19,120 nt of DNA from Fidelibacterota bacterium (GCA_027251445.1 JAPNQO010000107.1:1-19120); one strand, 5' to 3'. Positions 1-9,068 are shown, counted from the first letter of the stretch. Notes: generated by a model from the letters alone, not told the origin. Numbers and translations: made by a program.

Positions 1-32
1 ACCCAATTATATAATCTTTTAAAATAATTCAT
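1..32 (-). CDS. Probable 5' end of a gene running off the left edge (MNYFKRLYNWV...), resembling the N-terminus of YqaA/DedA (VTT-domain) membrane proteins
   Basis: ATG at 32, 17 nt after the oxidoreductase stop, and open to the window edge. The KRLYNWV peptide resembles the 'RRLYDW' start typical of YqaA-family proteins. Only about 10 codons are visible. Confidence 0.45.
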   Translation of the reverse strand, partial: MNYFKRLYNW

Positions 33-49
33 TATTTGTAGATAGATAT

Positions 50-1246
50 CTAGATAATTTTTTCAGATACTTTTCCTGTATTTGGGTCTTTTAGTATTTG
101 CTTAGTAGTTCCATCCGGCATGACTTCTGATTTGATTAAAATTTGACCATCTACTTCTTTTACATTTCTAATATGAGGAACATTCTTATCTCCTCTCCAT
201 ATAGAAATATCTACTGGTTCCCATTGCTTTGTTTTTGCTGACTTATAACAAGCGTCAATAATAGTATTTACTATATATCGATCATAAAATGTTTCCATTG
301 GTTCTTCATTGTTATCCATAGAGTTAAACATATTATTAAACATATCTGTATATCCAAGCTCTGCTGCCTCATCTCCAACTGGAAATAGCCATCCACTATC
401 ACCCTCTGCTTTTTCAGCAACATAACCTCCTTTAGATCCTGATGTAAACATTTCAAAGCCAGTTCTCAACCAATGATTAAGCCAAATTGTTCCTTCTGTA
501 CCTGAAATTTCATCTCTTAAATCCATACCTCCTCTGAACGCCCAGCTAACCTCAAACTGACCCATTGCTCCATTTTCAAAACGTACTAATCCAATACCAT
601 GATCCTCCCCTTCAACTGGATGCACCAACGTATCTGCCCAGCACATGACTTCAGTAGGTCGTATATTTTTCCCAATAAAGTTGCGAATAATCTCTACACA
701 ATGACATCCCATATCTATAATTGCTCCGCCACCAGCAAGCGTATTATCCCAGAACCAATCACTATGTGGTCCAGGGTGGGTTTCGCGGGAACGAGCCCAC
801 ATAACTTTACCTATGGCGCCATCATTTACAGATTTTATTGCTTTTAACGTTTTAGGAGGATATACTAAATCTTCCAAATACCCATTAAATACTCCATGCT
901 TTTCAACTGCTTGCAACATTTCTATCGCTTCTTGAGCATTTCTACCTAGAGGTTTTGTACATAATATTGATTTACCTGCTTCTGCCGCCGCTAATACTGC
1001 ATCCTTATGTAGATGATTGGGTAATCCAATTATTATTGTATCCACCTCCGTGTTATTAATAGCGCTATTCATATCATCTGTACAATTTTCTATACCCCAC
1101 TTTTCCTTAAATATATTTCCCTTTTTAATGGATCGTGAATAAACTGTATGAACTTGGTCCAAAGATCTTTGTGAATGAAGAGTAGATGTATAAAAGTCTG
1201 ATATAAATCCAGTGCCTAATATGGCTATTTTATGTGATTTACTCAT
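50..1246 (-). CDS. Gfo/Idh/MocA family NAD(P)-dependent oxidoreductase
   Basis: N-terminal Rossmann [23 protein letters not shown] (EKP-motif variant), [11 protein letters not shown] catalytic D/H segment; SD upstream. Confidence 0.92.
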   Translation of the reverse strand: MSKSHKIAILGTGFISDFYTSTLHSQRSLDQVHTVYSRSIKKGNIFKEKWGIENCTDDMNSAINNTEVDTIIIGLPNHLHKDAVLAAAEAGKSILCTKPLGRNAQEAIEMLQAVEKHGVFNGYLEDLVYPPKTLKAIKSVNDGAIGKVMWARSRETHPGPHSDWFWDNTLAGGGAIIDMGCHCVEIIRNFIGKNIRPTEVMCWADTLVHPVEGEDHGIGLVRFENGAMGQFEVSWAFRGGMDLRDEISGTEGTIWLNHWLRTGFEMFTSGSKGGYVAEKAEGDSGWLFPVGDEAAELGYTDMFNNMFNSMDNNEEPMETFYDRYIVNTIIDACYKSAKTKQWEPVDISIWRGDKNVPHIRNVKEVDGQILIKSEVMPDGTTKQILKDPNTGKVSEKII

Positions 1247-1252
1247 TTAATA

Positions 1253-1260
1253 CTCCTTTT
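1253..1260 (-). promoter_or_regulatory. Shine-Dalgarno site (AAAAGGAG) for the oxidoreductase
   Basis: Plus-strand ctcctttt, 6 nt from the ATG at 1246. Confidence 0.75.
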
Positions 1261-1262
1261 AC

Positions 1263-2207
1263 CTATTCATTAAGAGATACAGCTATAGCTGACATCACTT
1301 CTCTTTGGCTTGATGTACCTGAAGGACGATTTAATAATTTTCCATCTACAACCATCGCGCTTGAACCACCCCCATCAAGATTAATTGCTTCAATACAATC
1401 TAAATCTTTCATAATTATAGCTAATTCCATCAAGTCTACCCCTCTACTGTTAACCTGTCTTCCATCTATAACTACAAGTACTAATTCGCCATTTTCTCTA
1501 TAACCTGCAGCGGTACGAGGATGAATATTTGGAATTGAAGATCCAAAAAATACTTCTTCATTAGAAGTTATTCTAATGTCTCCATCATGCATCAACACTG
1601 GTCCAGCATGAACCGCATCATTTGCATCCCAAAATAATGATTTTTCAAAGTCAAATGATTCATTAGGATTATCTGGAAAGTTTTCTACTGGCTCAGGAAA
1701 GTGAAATAAAGAATCATTCTTACTTGTAACCCAAGCTATATCAATATTTCCATTATTTAAAAAACCTAAGGCTCCTCTAGCCGCATAGTATCTTTTATTA
1801 TTTCTTATAAGTGATTTTAATGCAGGTGATATAGTTTTATTATTCACATGCAGAAGACCCACGTGTTCTGCTGGATTTTTATCAATAAGAAAATATCCAC
1901 CATTTACTAACACCCTGGCTCCATTATTTTTAGAAAGCTGTGTTAATGTTTCACGGCGATCTATGTCATCTGATACTATGACATCTACATTAATAGCGGG
2001 GTCATCTTTATTAATTATTGCAACCCATGCATTTAATGGTAGTGTATTATTTCTACCTTCAAGTATCTTTATCCCATCTTTTTTATCCCATCCTATTTCT
2101 TTCCATGATATAGGAATATGTGAAAAAGATTTTTCATTTTTATTACATGATGGAAGAAGAAAATAAAATAATAAAAAAGTTAGTATTGCTATATTTTTAA
2201 TTCTCAT
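1263..2207 (-). CDS. Phosphodiester glycosidase family (NAGPA/DUF2233-like) lipoprotein
   Basis: Motifs VNGGYF, AGPVL, HPRTAAG, VIDGRQ, AINLDGGGSS. A start at 2207 gives the lipoprotein signal MRIKNIAILTFLLFYFLLPS-C. The ORF-track start at 2237 is less likely. Confidence 0.88.
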   Translation of the reverse strand: MRIKNIAILTFLLFYFLLPSCNKNEKSFSHIPISWKEIGWDKKDGIKILEGRNNTLPLNAWVAIINKDDPAINVDVIVSDDIDRRETLTQLSKNNGARVLVNGGYFLIDKNPAEHVGLLHVNNKTISPALKSLIRNNKRYYAARGALGFLNNGNIDIAWVTSKNDSLFHFPEPVENFPDNPNESFDFEKSLFWDANDAVHAGPVLMHDGDIRITSNEEVFFGSSIPNIHPRTAAGYRENGELVLVVIDGRQVNSRGVDLMELAIIMKDLDCIEAINLDGGGSSAMVVDGKLLNRPSGTSSQREVMSAIAVSLNE

Positions 2208-2898
2208 TATTAGCGTAAGGTTCAATAGTGAATTCATGTTTTTTTAATACATTATCTTGATCATCGATAACAGATACAGACCATTGTCCTGTATATCCTT
2301 CTCGAGGTGTAATATAAGACCAACATCGAAAATATTCAGATACGCTAACGTTCATATGAACTTTTGCATAATATTCTCCATTGTACTCCCAATAATGAGT
2401 AATATTCTCAGATTTATCCGGATTCTTTACTCCTGCAAAACAATAAATTCTTGAGGTAGTGTCTAAAAACGCCTCTCTAATCCTTACAGGTTTTCTTAGT
2501 TTAAGATTGATATTTTCACATACAATTAACCTTTTCACTGAAATAGTCTTCGGTAAATCATCTTCTTTCTCTTCTTTTGGTTTATATTCTTTTATTACAA
2601 TAGGACTAGAAGGTTCTATATTTGTTTTGTTATTTTGATCACGGTTTAAATTTTCAGTTACTATAGTATCTTGATTAGAACTATCATTAATAGAACCCTT
2701 TCCTGTTAGCTGGTCTTCTTCATTTACATATTCATTATTGCTATATGAAAGAGCAGTAAAAAATAAAAAAGCAGCGTATACAACCGACAGGTGCATAATA
2801 TATTTATTTAATTTTTGCCAATAGGCAAAAAAGATAAATAGACTGAACACTATTGTAACTGGAATAAAAGAAGGATCAGATAAAAGTCCTTGAATCAT
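2197..2898 (-). CDS. Membrane-anchored protein with C-terminal DUF2914-like Ig-fold domain
   Basis: Two N-terminal hydrophobic segments, a low-complexity polar linker, then IYCFAGV...ITHYWEYNG...FRCWSY...GQWSVSVID, which is typical of DUF2914. Confidence 0.75.
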   Translation of the reverse strand: MIQGLLSDPSFIPVTIVFSLFIFFAYWQKLNKYIMHLSVVYAAFLFFTALSYSNNEYVNEEDQLTGKGSINDSSNQDTIVTENLNRDQNNKTNIEPSSPIVIKEYKPKEEKEDDLPKTISVKRLIVCENINLKLRKPVRIREAFLDTTSRIYCFAGVKNPDKSENITHYWEYNGEYYAKVHMNVSVSEYFRCWSYITPREGYTGQWSVSVIDDQDNVLKKHEFTIEPYANNEN

Positions 2899-2983
2899 GT
2901 ATATTATACTCTTTTCATCATTTTAAATTTTTAGCTAAGAATTATTTTATAAATTACTATTATCATTTTTAAGGCTAAAATAG

Positions 2984-3018
2984 AATCTATAAGCTGACAT
3001 TTGACCTACTTATAGATT
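2984..3018. repeat. Perfect 10-bp inverted repeat (AATCTATAAG-N15-CTTATAGATT) in the divergent intergenic region; candidate operator
   Basis: Arms at 2984-2993 and 3009-3018 are exact reverse complements. The spacer contains CTGACA and TTGACC (-35-like). Confidence 0.55.
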
Positions 3019-3054
3019 AAATTCATGTAAAATAATACAATATTTTATTTATTT

Positions 3055-5448
3055 ATGATTCGATTAATTTCAATATATATCTTTTTAGTATCCGCTCTCC
3101 TCTCAAATTCACCTAACTCTATATCCGTAGGAACCTTTTTACAGCAACAACGCATTTTCTTCAATTTGGATAATGGTTTTCCTAGCAATAATATTAGAGA
3201 TATTGTATCTACAAATGATGGTACAATTTTTGCTGCTACTGATAAAGGAGTTATCATCTATTCGAATAAACAATGGATTACTATAGATGAATTAGAAAAT
3301 ATTGATATTTGGCTTTTAGCTTCAAATGGAACTGAAGTTGCTATGTTAGGTGGAAAAAATAAAGACGATCACATTTCAAATGGTAAAATTTTCATAATTA
3401 ATAATGGAATATTAGATCAAACCATTATAATTCCGACTAGATATAAAATTCCTATCAATAATAATGATTTAAGTTTTCATAGTAATATTATGCTTGGAAC
3501 ATCAAAAGATGTCATTCTTTTTGAGAGAAGATATGGTAATATATTTAAGCAGTCATCGAAACGTCCCTTTAGTCCTAATTCAAGAGCGGTAGAACTCAAC
3601 ATTCCATCGAATAAGATTAGACAGATGGCAGCTACAGGTAGATTTTCTTATGTTGCAACAGACTCTGCGCTATTTAAGCTTCAATCACTAAAAGAAGGAT
3701 GGGAACAAGTATTTCCTTATAATAAAGATCGCAGTTGGGCTTTGCATGATGCAAGAGCAGTTACCATTGATGCAATGGGGAGATTATGGTTTGCCTCCCC
3801 TCAAGGTGTTGGATATTATGATGATAAATGGCATCTTTTTACTGGTGAAGATGGCCTTCCATTTAATGATTTTACAACTATAACTGCAGGTAATTCTGGA
3901 GATATCTGGTTTGGAACAACAAAGGGGGCTATCCATTATGATGGCAATACATGGGAATATAGACAGGGTAAACGTTGGTTACCTGATGATCATATTCGAT
4001 CTATTGCTGTCACGCCAAATGGTGATGCCTGGTTTGCTACTCCAGGCGGAATAAGCGTCATACAGCATAGGCCTATAACTCTTGCAGAAAAGGCTAAATG
4101 GTACGAAGACGAAATAGATAGATATTCAAGAAGAACACCTTATGAATTTGTTCTAGAGGTTTCTATGGAGAAACCTGGCGTAAAGAAGAATTGGAAACAA
4201 TATGATAGCGACAATGACGGACTTTGGACAAGCATGTATGGAGCTGGAGAATGTTTTGCATATGCTGCTACTGGAAATATTCAATCTAAAGTACGAGCAA
4301 AAAAAGCATTTGATGCAATGGTTTTTCTTGGAGATGTAACTCAAGGCAATAAGCATTCACCTCCTCCTGGATATGTAGCTCGAACCGTATTGCCAACAAG
4401 TGGACCAGATCCAAATATTGGTAGGATTGATAGAGATAAGCATAAAAAAGAAACAGATGATACAATGTGGAAAGTTTATGAGCCACGTTGGCCCACAAGC
4501 GCAGATGGGAAATGGTATTATAAAACAGACACTAGTTCTGATGAGCTTGATGGGCATTACTTTTTGTATGCATTATACTATGATTTAGTTGCTGATACAG
4601 AATTTGAAAAAGAACGTGTTCGAACACAAATCAAAGGACTTACCGATCATATTATTAAGCATGGTTTTCAATTAATGGAACATGATGGAACTCCCACTCG
4701 ATGGGCAAGATATAGTCCTGAAGAATTAAATTTTGATAAAAAATGGTTTGTAGAAAGAGGCTTAAACTCATTAAGCCTCTTATCTTATTTAATAACAACA
4801 GCTCATATTACAGGGGATGATTCATACAGAGATATTGCTCAGATGCTCATTGATAAACATGGATATGCGCAAAACATGACAGATATGAAATTTCAACGAG
4901 GGTTTGGCACTGGTAATCAATCGGATGATGAAATGGCTTTTATGTGTTATTATAACCTTGTTAATTATGAAACTGATCCTGAGTTACGGTCTCGATATGC
5001 TTTTTCATTTTGGATGGCCTGGCAGCAAGAAGCTCCTGAATTAAATCCTTTCTTTAATTTTGCATTTGTAGCAGCTTGTAAAGGTTTGATTTTTGAAGAT
5101 CCTTGGGGAGAATATAAACTAGAACCATATGATGGATGGCTAGAAGAATCTATTGAAACTCTAATCAGATTTCCCCTAGATCGATTTAATTGGAGGCATA
5201 CTAATAGTCATCGTATAGATATAAATAAATTTCATCCTTCTACTAGAACATTTGATGATAATGATATGAGCAATAGTGGATATAGAAAAAATGGAAAAGT
5301 TATTCCAGTCGACGAATCACATTTTAATCACTGGAATCGTGATCCATGGCGTTTAGATACCGGAGGTGATGGACGTCTTTTGGCTAATGGGGCTGTTTTT
5401 TTACTTCCATATTATATGGGCTTATATCATGGATTTATTATTGAATAA
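3055..5448 (+). CDS. Secreted protein: N-terminal beta-propeller (two-component-regulator-propeller-like repeats) plus C-terminal acidic helical domain, putative glycoside hydrolase-like (alpha/alpha) barrel
   Basis: Signal peptide. Repeats GFPSNNIRDI/IPSNKIRQM/DGLPFNDFT/WLPDDHIRSI with IWFGT/LWFAS/AWFAT strands. C-terminal motifs DSDNDGLWT, DTSSDELDGH, NQSDDEMAF. The ORF is certain; the function is inferred. Confidence 0.7.
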   Translation: MIRLISIYIFLVSALLSNSPNSISVGTFLQQQRIFFNLDNGFPSNNIRDIVSTNDGTIFAATDKGVIIYSNKQWITIDELENIDIWLLASNGTEVAMLGGKNKDDHISNGKIFIINNGILDQTIIIPTRYKIPINNNDLSFHSNIMLGTSKDVILFERRYGNIFKQSSKRPFSPNSRAVELNIPSNKIRQMAATGRFSYVATDSALFKLQSLKEGWEQVFPYNKDRSWALHDARAVTIDAMGRLWFASPQGVGYYDDKWHLFTGEDGLPFNDFTTITAGNSGDIWFGTTKGAIHYDGNTWEYRQGKRWLPDDHIRSIAVTPNGDAWFATPGGISVIQHRPITLAEKAKWYEDEIDRYSRRTPYEFVLEVSMEKPGVKKNWKQYDSDNDGLWTSMYGAGECFAYAATGNIQSKVRAKKAFDAMVFLGDVTQGNKHSPPPGYVARTVLPTSGPDPNIGRIDRDKHKKETDDTMWKVYEPRWPTSADGKWYYKTDTSSDELDGHYFLYALYYDLVADTEFEKERVRTQIKGLTDHIIKHGFQLMEHDGTPTRWARYSPEELNFDKKWFVERGLNSLSLLSYLITTAHITGDDSYRDIAQMLIDKHGYAQNMTDMKFQRGFGTGNQSDDEMAFMCYYNLVNYETDPELRSRYAFSFWMAWQQEAPELNPFFNFAFVAACKGLIFEDPWGEYKLEPYDGWLEESIETLIRFPLDRFNWRHTNSHRIDINKFHPSTRTFDDNDMSNSGYRKNGKVIPVDESHFNHWNRDPWRLDTGGDGRLLANGAVFLLPYYMGLYHGFIIE

Positions 5449-6298
5449 CATCCATTAAAATATCTGGCCTGTCTGTTAAGATACCATGTGCTCCAATTTT
5501 TAAGACTTCTTTCATTTTACTCGAATCATTTATCGTCCACACCCATACCTGACGATCCCCTTTTGAAAAAGCATTAATATATCGTTTATCTAATTTTAAT
5601 TCACCTAGAGGTGTAGAAAATTTTAGCGGTAATTGTGCAATAACTGATTGTAATGGTAGCAAACGCTCTAGGCCTAACCTGCTTAATATATATAATTTGG
5701 TTCCTTTATTAGAAGAAAGAGATATGGCTACCTCAGGACATGCATCATGAAATTGGTTAATAATATCATCATAAAATGAAGCTACAATCGCTTGATCTGA
5801 TGCAATGCCATGTTCTCTAAGAAGTGTACATAAATCTTCACCGATGGGTGGATCACCTTGTTTAATTTCAATATCGTATATTTTATCAGGATATTTCTTG
5901 ATAAGCTGAGATAGAGATAAGATTTTAACACCACTTCCTCTAAAAGGATAATTTTCTTCATCTATTGTCCAATTATATGCTCCATCTACTTTCTGTAAAT
6001 CATCCCATAACATTTGTTTAATCATGCCTGTATCATTAGTTAAACGGTTAATTGATGCATCATGATGAATAACAATAATACCATCTAGTGTTCTATGAAC
6101 ATCTAATTCCAACACCTGAATTCCTAAATCCACAGAATTATTAAACGCGAGCATAGATTGATCAGGAAAAAGTTGGTTTCCTCCTTGATGGGCAATACTA
6201 ACAGGAGTATTTAATTTATCCAGCACTGGATGAGTTGTAGTCTGAGGAATAATAAAACCGAACAGGTACAGAGATAGATAAATCTTAAAAGCGATCAT
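5438..6298 (-). CDS. Glycerophosphodiester phosphodiesterase family protein (GlpQ/UgpQ-like), probably exported
   Basis: IAHQGG, ELDVH, IHHD, DIEIK, VWVWTIND, GILTDRPD motifs; N-terminal hydrophobic signal. Confidence 0.9.
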   Translation of the reverse strand: MIAFKIYLSLYLFGFIIPQTTTHPVLDKLNTPVSIAHQGGNQLFPDQSMLAFNNSVDLGIQVLELDVHRTLDGIIVIHHDASINRLTNDTGMIKQMLWDDLQKVDGAYNWTIDEENYPFRGSGVKILSLSQLIKKYPDKIYDIEIKQGDPPIGEDLCTLLREHGIASDQAIVASFYDDIINQFHDACPEVAISLSSNKGTKLYILSRLGLERLLPLQSVIAQLPLKFSTPLGELKLDKRYINAFSKGDRQVWVWTINDSSKMKEVLKIGAHGILTDRPDILMDVIQ

Positions 6299-6317
6299 TT
6301 ATAATTCACAAAACGAA

Positions 6318-7469
6318 TTATCTTAACAAAACAATCTTTTTGGTCTCTTCATAATCTGAAGATGATAATCTATAAAAATATAATCCAGAGGACATCATAA
6401 TACCATCATCACTTTTTCCGTCCCACTTAACTTGACCATTGCCATGTGATATTTTATCATTTATTAGTGTTTTTATAATTTTTCCTTGAATATCCATTAT
6501 ATCGATACTGAATACATGCCCATTAAGAACAGAATAATGAATATTAGTTTCCGGGTTAAAGGGATTTGGATATGCAGAAGAAAGTTTAAAAAATTGAGGA
6601 TTATTAGAAGATTCATGATTTATTTGCACACTAGTTGGGCAATAATTTCCATCCGGAGCCAATTGTGGTAATAGGTAATTAATATTATTCACTAATGCAT
6701 ACATGAGTGTATCTATTTGTTCAAATAATTCTGGGGTGCAAGGCTCCCATTCATTTGCTATTCCAGAACACGTTTGATTATCAGAAAGAATACCCATATC
6801 TGTAACTATACACCAATAAAGGTATTCCACGGCCATACACTCATAATCGCATGTATAGTCATCATAGTGATACCAAGCTTCAGACGGGTAATTTCCGGGA
6901 TGCTGTATAAATTGTCCTCCCCTTGCTACATCCATGGCATCCGTAAGTAAAGAAGAATTTGGCTGCAACGAAAAAGCTGCCGGATAGATATTGGTATGTC
7001 CAACAACATTAATTACATGGATTATTTCTTCAACACTCGCATCAGCCCCCCAATAACCAGGATTATTTGGGTCAATTTCATTTCTCCATAAGACCGCTGA
7101 TGCACCATTACCAGTGTAATTATCAAAAAAATTATCCATAGCAGGAGAACCATCGTATGCAAATATAGGGATTAATGCTCCATTAGCATTTAGTTCATCT
7201 TTTAATAATGGATCATCTACTTCCCCATCTTCATTATTATCAAGCAATTCTGCTGCAATAGAAGCTGCATGCAAGACTTTTGCATCCGGTATTGAAGATT
7301 CAGCATAAATGTCAAAACAATCCAATACACGTACATATTTTGTAAAATCACTAAATGCTGGAGAGTTTATATCCGGATTATCTTCTATGGTAAAACATAC
7401 TGTATTTTGACTGTAAGAAAAATCATGTATAAATAGAAAAATAGCAGTTAGAATAAATTTATAATCCAT
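6318..7469 (-). CDS. Secreted protein with atypical zincin-like (EExxH) domain and C-terminal FlgD-Ig/T9SS type-A-like sorting domain
   Basis: Signal peptide ending FSYS|Q; DNNEDGEVDD acidic loop; VEEIIH and EYLYW motifs; YPNPFN...WDGK...SSGLYFYRL...KKIVLLR CTD. Confidence 0.75.
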   Translation of the reverse strand: MDYKFILTAIFLFIHDFSYSQNTVCFTIEDNPDINSPAFSDFTKYVRVLDCFDIYAESSIPDAKVLHAASIAAELLDNNEDGEVDDPLLKDELNANGALIPIFAYDGSPAMDNFFDNYTGNGASAVLWRNEIDPNNPGYWGADASVEEIIHVINVVGHTNIYPAAFSLQPNSSLLTDAMDVARGGQFIQHPGNYPSEAWYHYDDYTCDYECMAVEYLYWCIVTDMGILSDNQTCSGIANEWEPCTPELFEQIDTLMYALVNNINYLLPQLAPDGNYCPTSVQINHESSNNPQFFKLSSAYPNPFNPETNIHYSVLNGHVFSIDIMDIQGKIIKTLINDKISHGNGQVKWDGKSDDGIMMSSGLYFYRLSSSDYEETKKIVLLR

Positions 7470-7487
7470 AATACGACTTACTGAAAT

Positions 7488-7856
7488 TCATAATGTAGAG
7501 TGCCAATATGCAATAGCAATAAAAACAAATTGAAAAGGTAAACGCCCCCATGCAATTAATGGTGTAGTGTTTAATGCAGCACCATTAGTCATAGCAAGAT
7601 ATATATTTGCAGGAAAAACAGCTATTAACAGTAGAATCAATCCCCAAGCAGCTATATACCTTGTAACTGGAAAAAGAAGCATTGTACCTAGTAATATTTC
7701 AAAAAAACCTGATATATAGACTAATGACAATTTAAAAGGAAGTATTGGAGGTACAATTTTTATAAACCACATTGGGTTTGTGAAATGTTTTATTCCAACT
7801 CCAATATAAAGGATGGACATGATAATAATACTTCCTATTTCAATGACAAATCTCAT
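7488..7856 (-). CDS. DoxX-like family small membrane protein
   Basis: GIKHF, IVPPILP, VYISGFFEI, AVFPANIY, WGRLPFQ motifs; four hydrophobic segments. Confidence 0.82.
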   Translation of the reverse strand: MRFVIEIGSIIIMSILYIGVGIKHFTNPMWFIKIVPPILPFKLSLVYISGFFEILLGTMLLFPVTRYIAAWGLILLLIAVFPANIYLAMTNGAALNTTPLIAWGRLPFQFVFIAIAYWHSTL

Positions 7857-7948
7857 ATTTAACGCTACTATTTTACATCTTTAGGATAAATGATTCTATA
7901 TCCAAAACGTGATTGTAAAAATTATCTGTAGTAATATCCTAATTACTT

Positions 7949-8650
7949 ATGATAAATGATATTATTAATGTCTTCAAAAATTTACCCTCTAATCATTTAC
8001 ACCATACATTAATTACCATTGTAGTTATCGCTACACTCTTAATCGTAAGATACAGGGTTAATAGATATAATTTAAAGTTCATAGATATATTTTTAGGGTT
8101 TCTTCCTATTATTATTGAATTAATATTTCAAATTCAATCTGTGCTAAATAAAGAATGGATGCTTGTAAAAACTCTTCCATTAGAAATTTCTTATTTAACT
8201 ACTTTTGCAATTCCTATTTATTTATATATGCCATCGAGAATACTGCAAAGTTGGATCTATTATATTGGAATTTGGTCAGCAGCAGCAGCATTTTTAAATA
8301 CGATCATGATGGGTGCAGAACCTTGGCATGTATTATTAAGATATTACGGTCATCATGGAACTTTATTATATTTTGGTATATCTATATATATTAGCGGATA
8401 TAGACCAACACTTAAAGATTATTATGATACTGCAAAAATAATGTTATTAATCATATTTATTATAGGATTGATAAATATGATTATTGGTTCAAACTATATG
8501 TTTACTCGATTTAAACCTACAGGTATGAATCTGACATTGCTAATGGCTGATTGGCCATATTATTTTATTATAATAGTTTCTATCGGATTAGTATTTTGTT
8601 ATTTACTATATCTAATAGGAAAAGATAAACTACATAAACCTGTTAAATAG
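7949..8650 (+). CDS. TIGR02206/YwaF (TMEM164-related) integral membrane protein
   Basis: Early HH (HLHH), LPLEIS (family LPLHLC position), YYGHHG, GYRPT, GSNYMF..KP, DWPYY; multiple TM segments. Confidence 0.75.
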   Translation: MINDIINVFKNLPSNHLHHTLITIVVIATLLIVRYRVNRYNLKFIDIFLGFLPIIIELIFQIQSVLNKEWMLVKTLPLEISYLTTFAIPIYLYMPSRILQSWIYYIGIWSAAAAFLNTIMMGAEPWHVLLRYYGHHGTLLYFGISIYISGYRPTLKDYYDTAKIMLLIIFIIGLINMIIGSNYMFTRFKPTGMNLTLLMADWPYYFIIIVSIGLVFCYLLYLIGKDKLHKPVK

Positions 8651-8720
8651 CCACCAAATTATAATGATTAATGCAATTCCAATTTTAATATATAATTTAT
8701 TCATAGAATTTATTCTTCAG

Positions 8721-9068
8721 CTATAATAGTGAATATTCTATTAGAAATAACAATAGACTAATGATCAACAATGACGCAGAAGGTATTCTTTTAAAATAAG
8801 GAGTATTTACTCGAAAATGGGTCACAAGCGCTGCTACCATTAGAAGTGCGATACCTGCTGAACCCAACATAACAAGATGAGCTGATGCAGTCTGCAACAT
8901 AAATGCAAAAGCAATTTTAAATATACCTACCATATCACGCAGCCATTCGGGAAGTTGAAATTCTTTAAATTCTTCTACGATATTCTGATATCGTACTACC
9001 CAGACAAAAAATATTGAAGCGCCTACTATTATCTTTAAAGCGTCATTTAATAAGAGTATGTAATCCAT
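8721..9068 (-). CDS. DoxX family membrane protein
   Basis: VWVVRY...EFKEFQLPEW...VGIFKI...LMVAALVTHFRV pattern; four TM segments; GAAAGGA SD-like site upstream. Confidence 0.78.
   Translation of the reverse strand: MDYILLLNDALKIIVGASIFFVWVVRYQNIVEEFKEFQLPEWLRDMVGIFKIAFAFMLQTASAHLVMLGSAGIALLMVAALVTHFRVNTPYFKRIPSASLLIISLLLFLIEYSLL

Noticed and set aside
278..280. Arg323 (CGA) in FYDRY, where I recall Gly in homologues
   Set aside because: Could be a single-base variant or error, but it cannot be verified without an alignment or reads.
2208..2237. Upstream start of the NAGPA-like gene at 2237
   Set aside because: It creates a 41-nt overlap and extends the signal peptide; Met at 2207 gives a canonical lipoprotein signal.
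2949..2967. Fur-box-like half-site AATGATAAT on the minus strand
   Set aside because: Only one good half-site, in very AT-rich sequence.
5438..5448. 11-nt 3' overlap of convergent genes
   Set aside because: Common in compact genomes; no sign of regulatory significance.
3055..5448. Hybrid two-component sensor call based on the propeller repeats
   Set aside because: No downstream TM helix, histidine kinase, receiver or AraC domain.
7871..7920. Imperfect hairpin in the DoxX/TIGR02206 divergent spacer
   Set aside because: Bulged and AT-rich; more simply explained by two opposed TGTAAAA promoter-like elements.
8656..8698. AAATTATA...TATAATTT inverted repeat between convergent genes as a terminator
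   Set aside because: AT-only arms with a long spacer; expected by chance at this composition.
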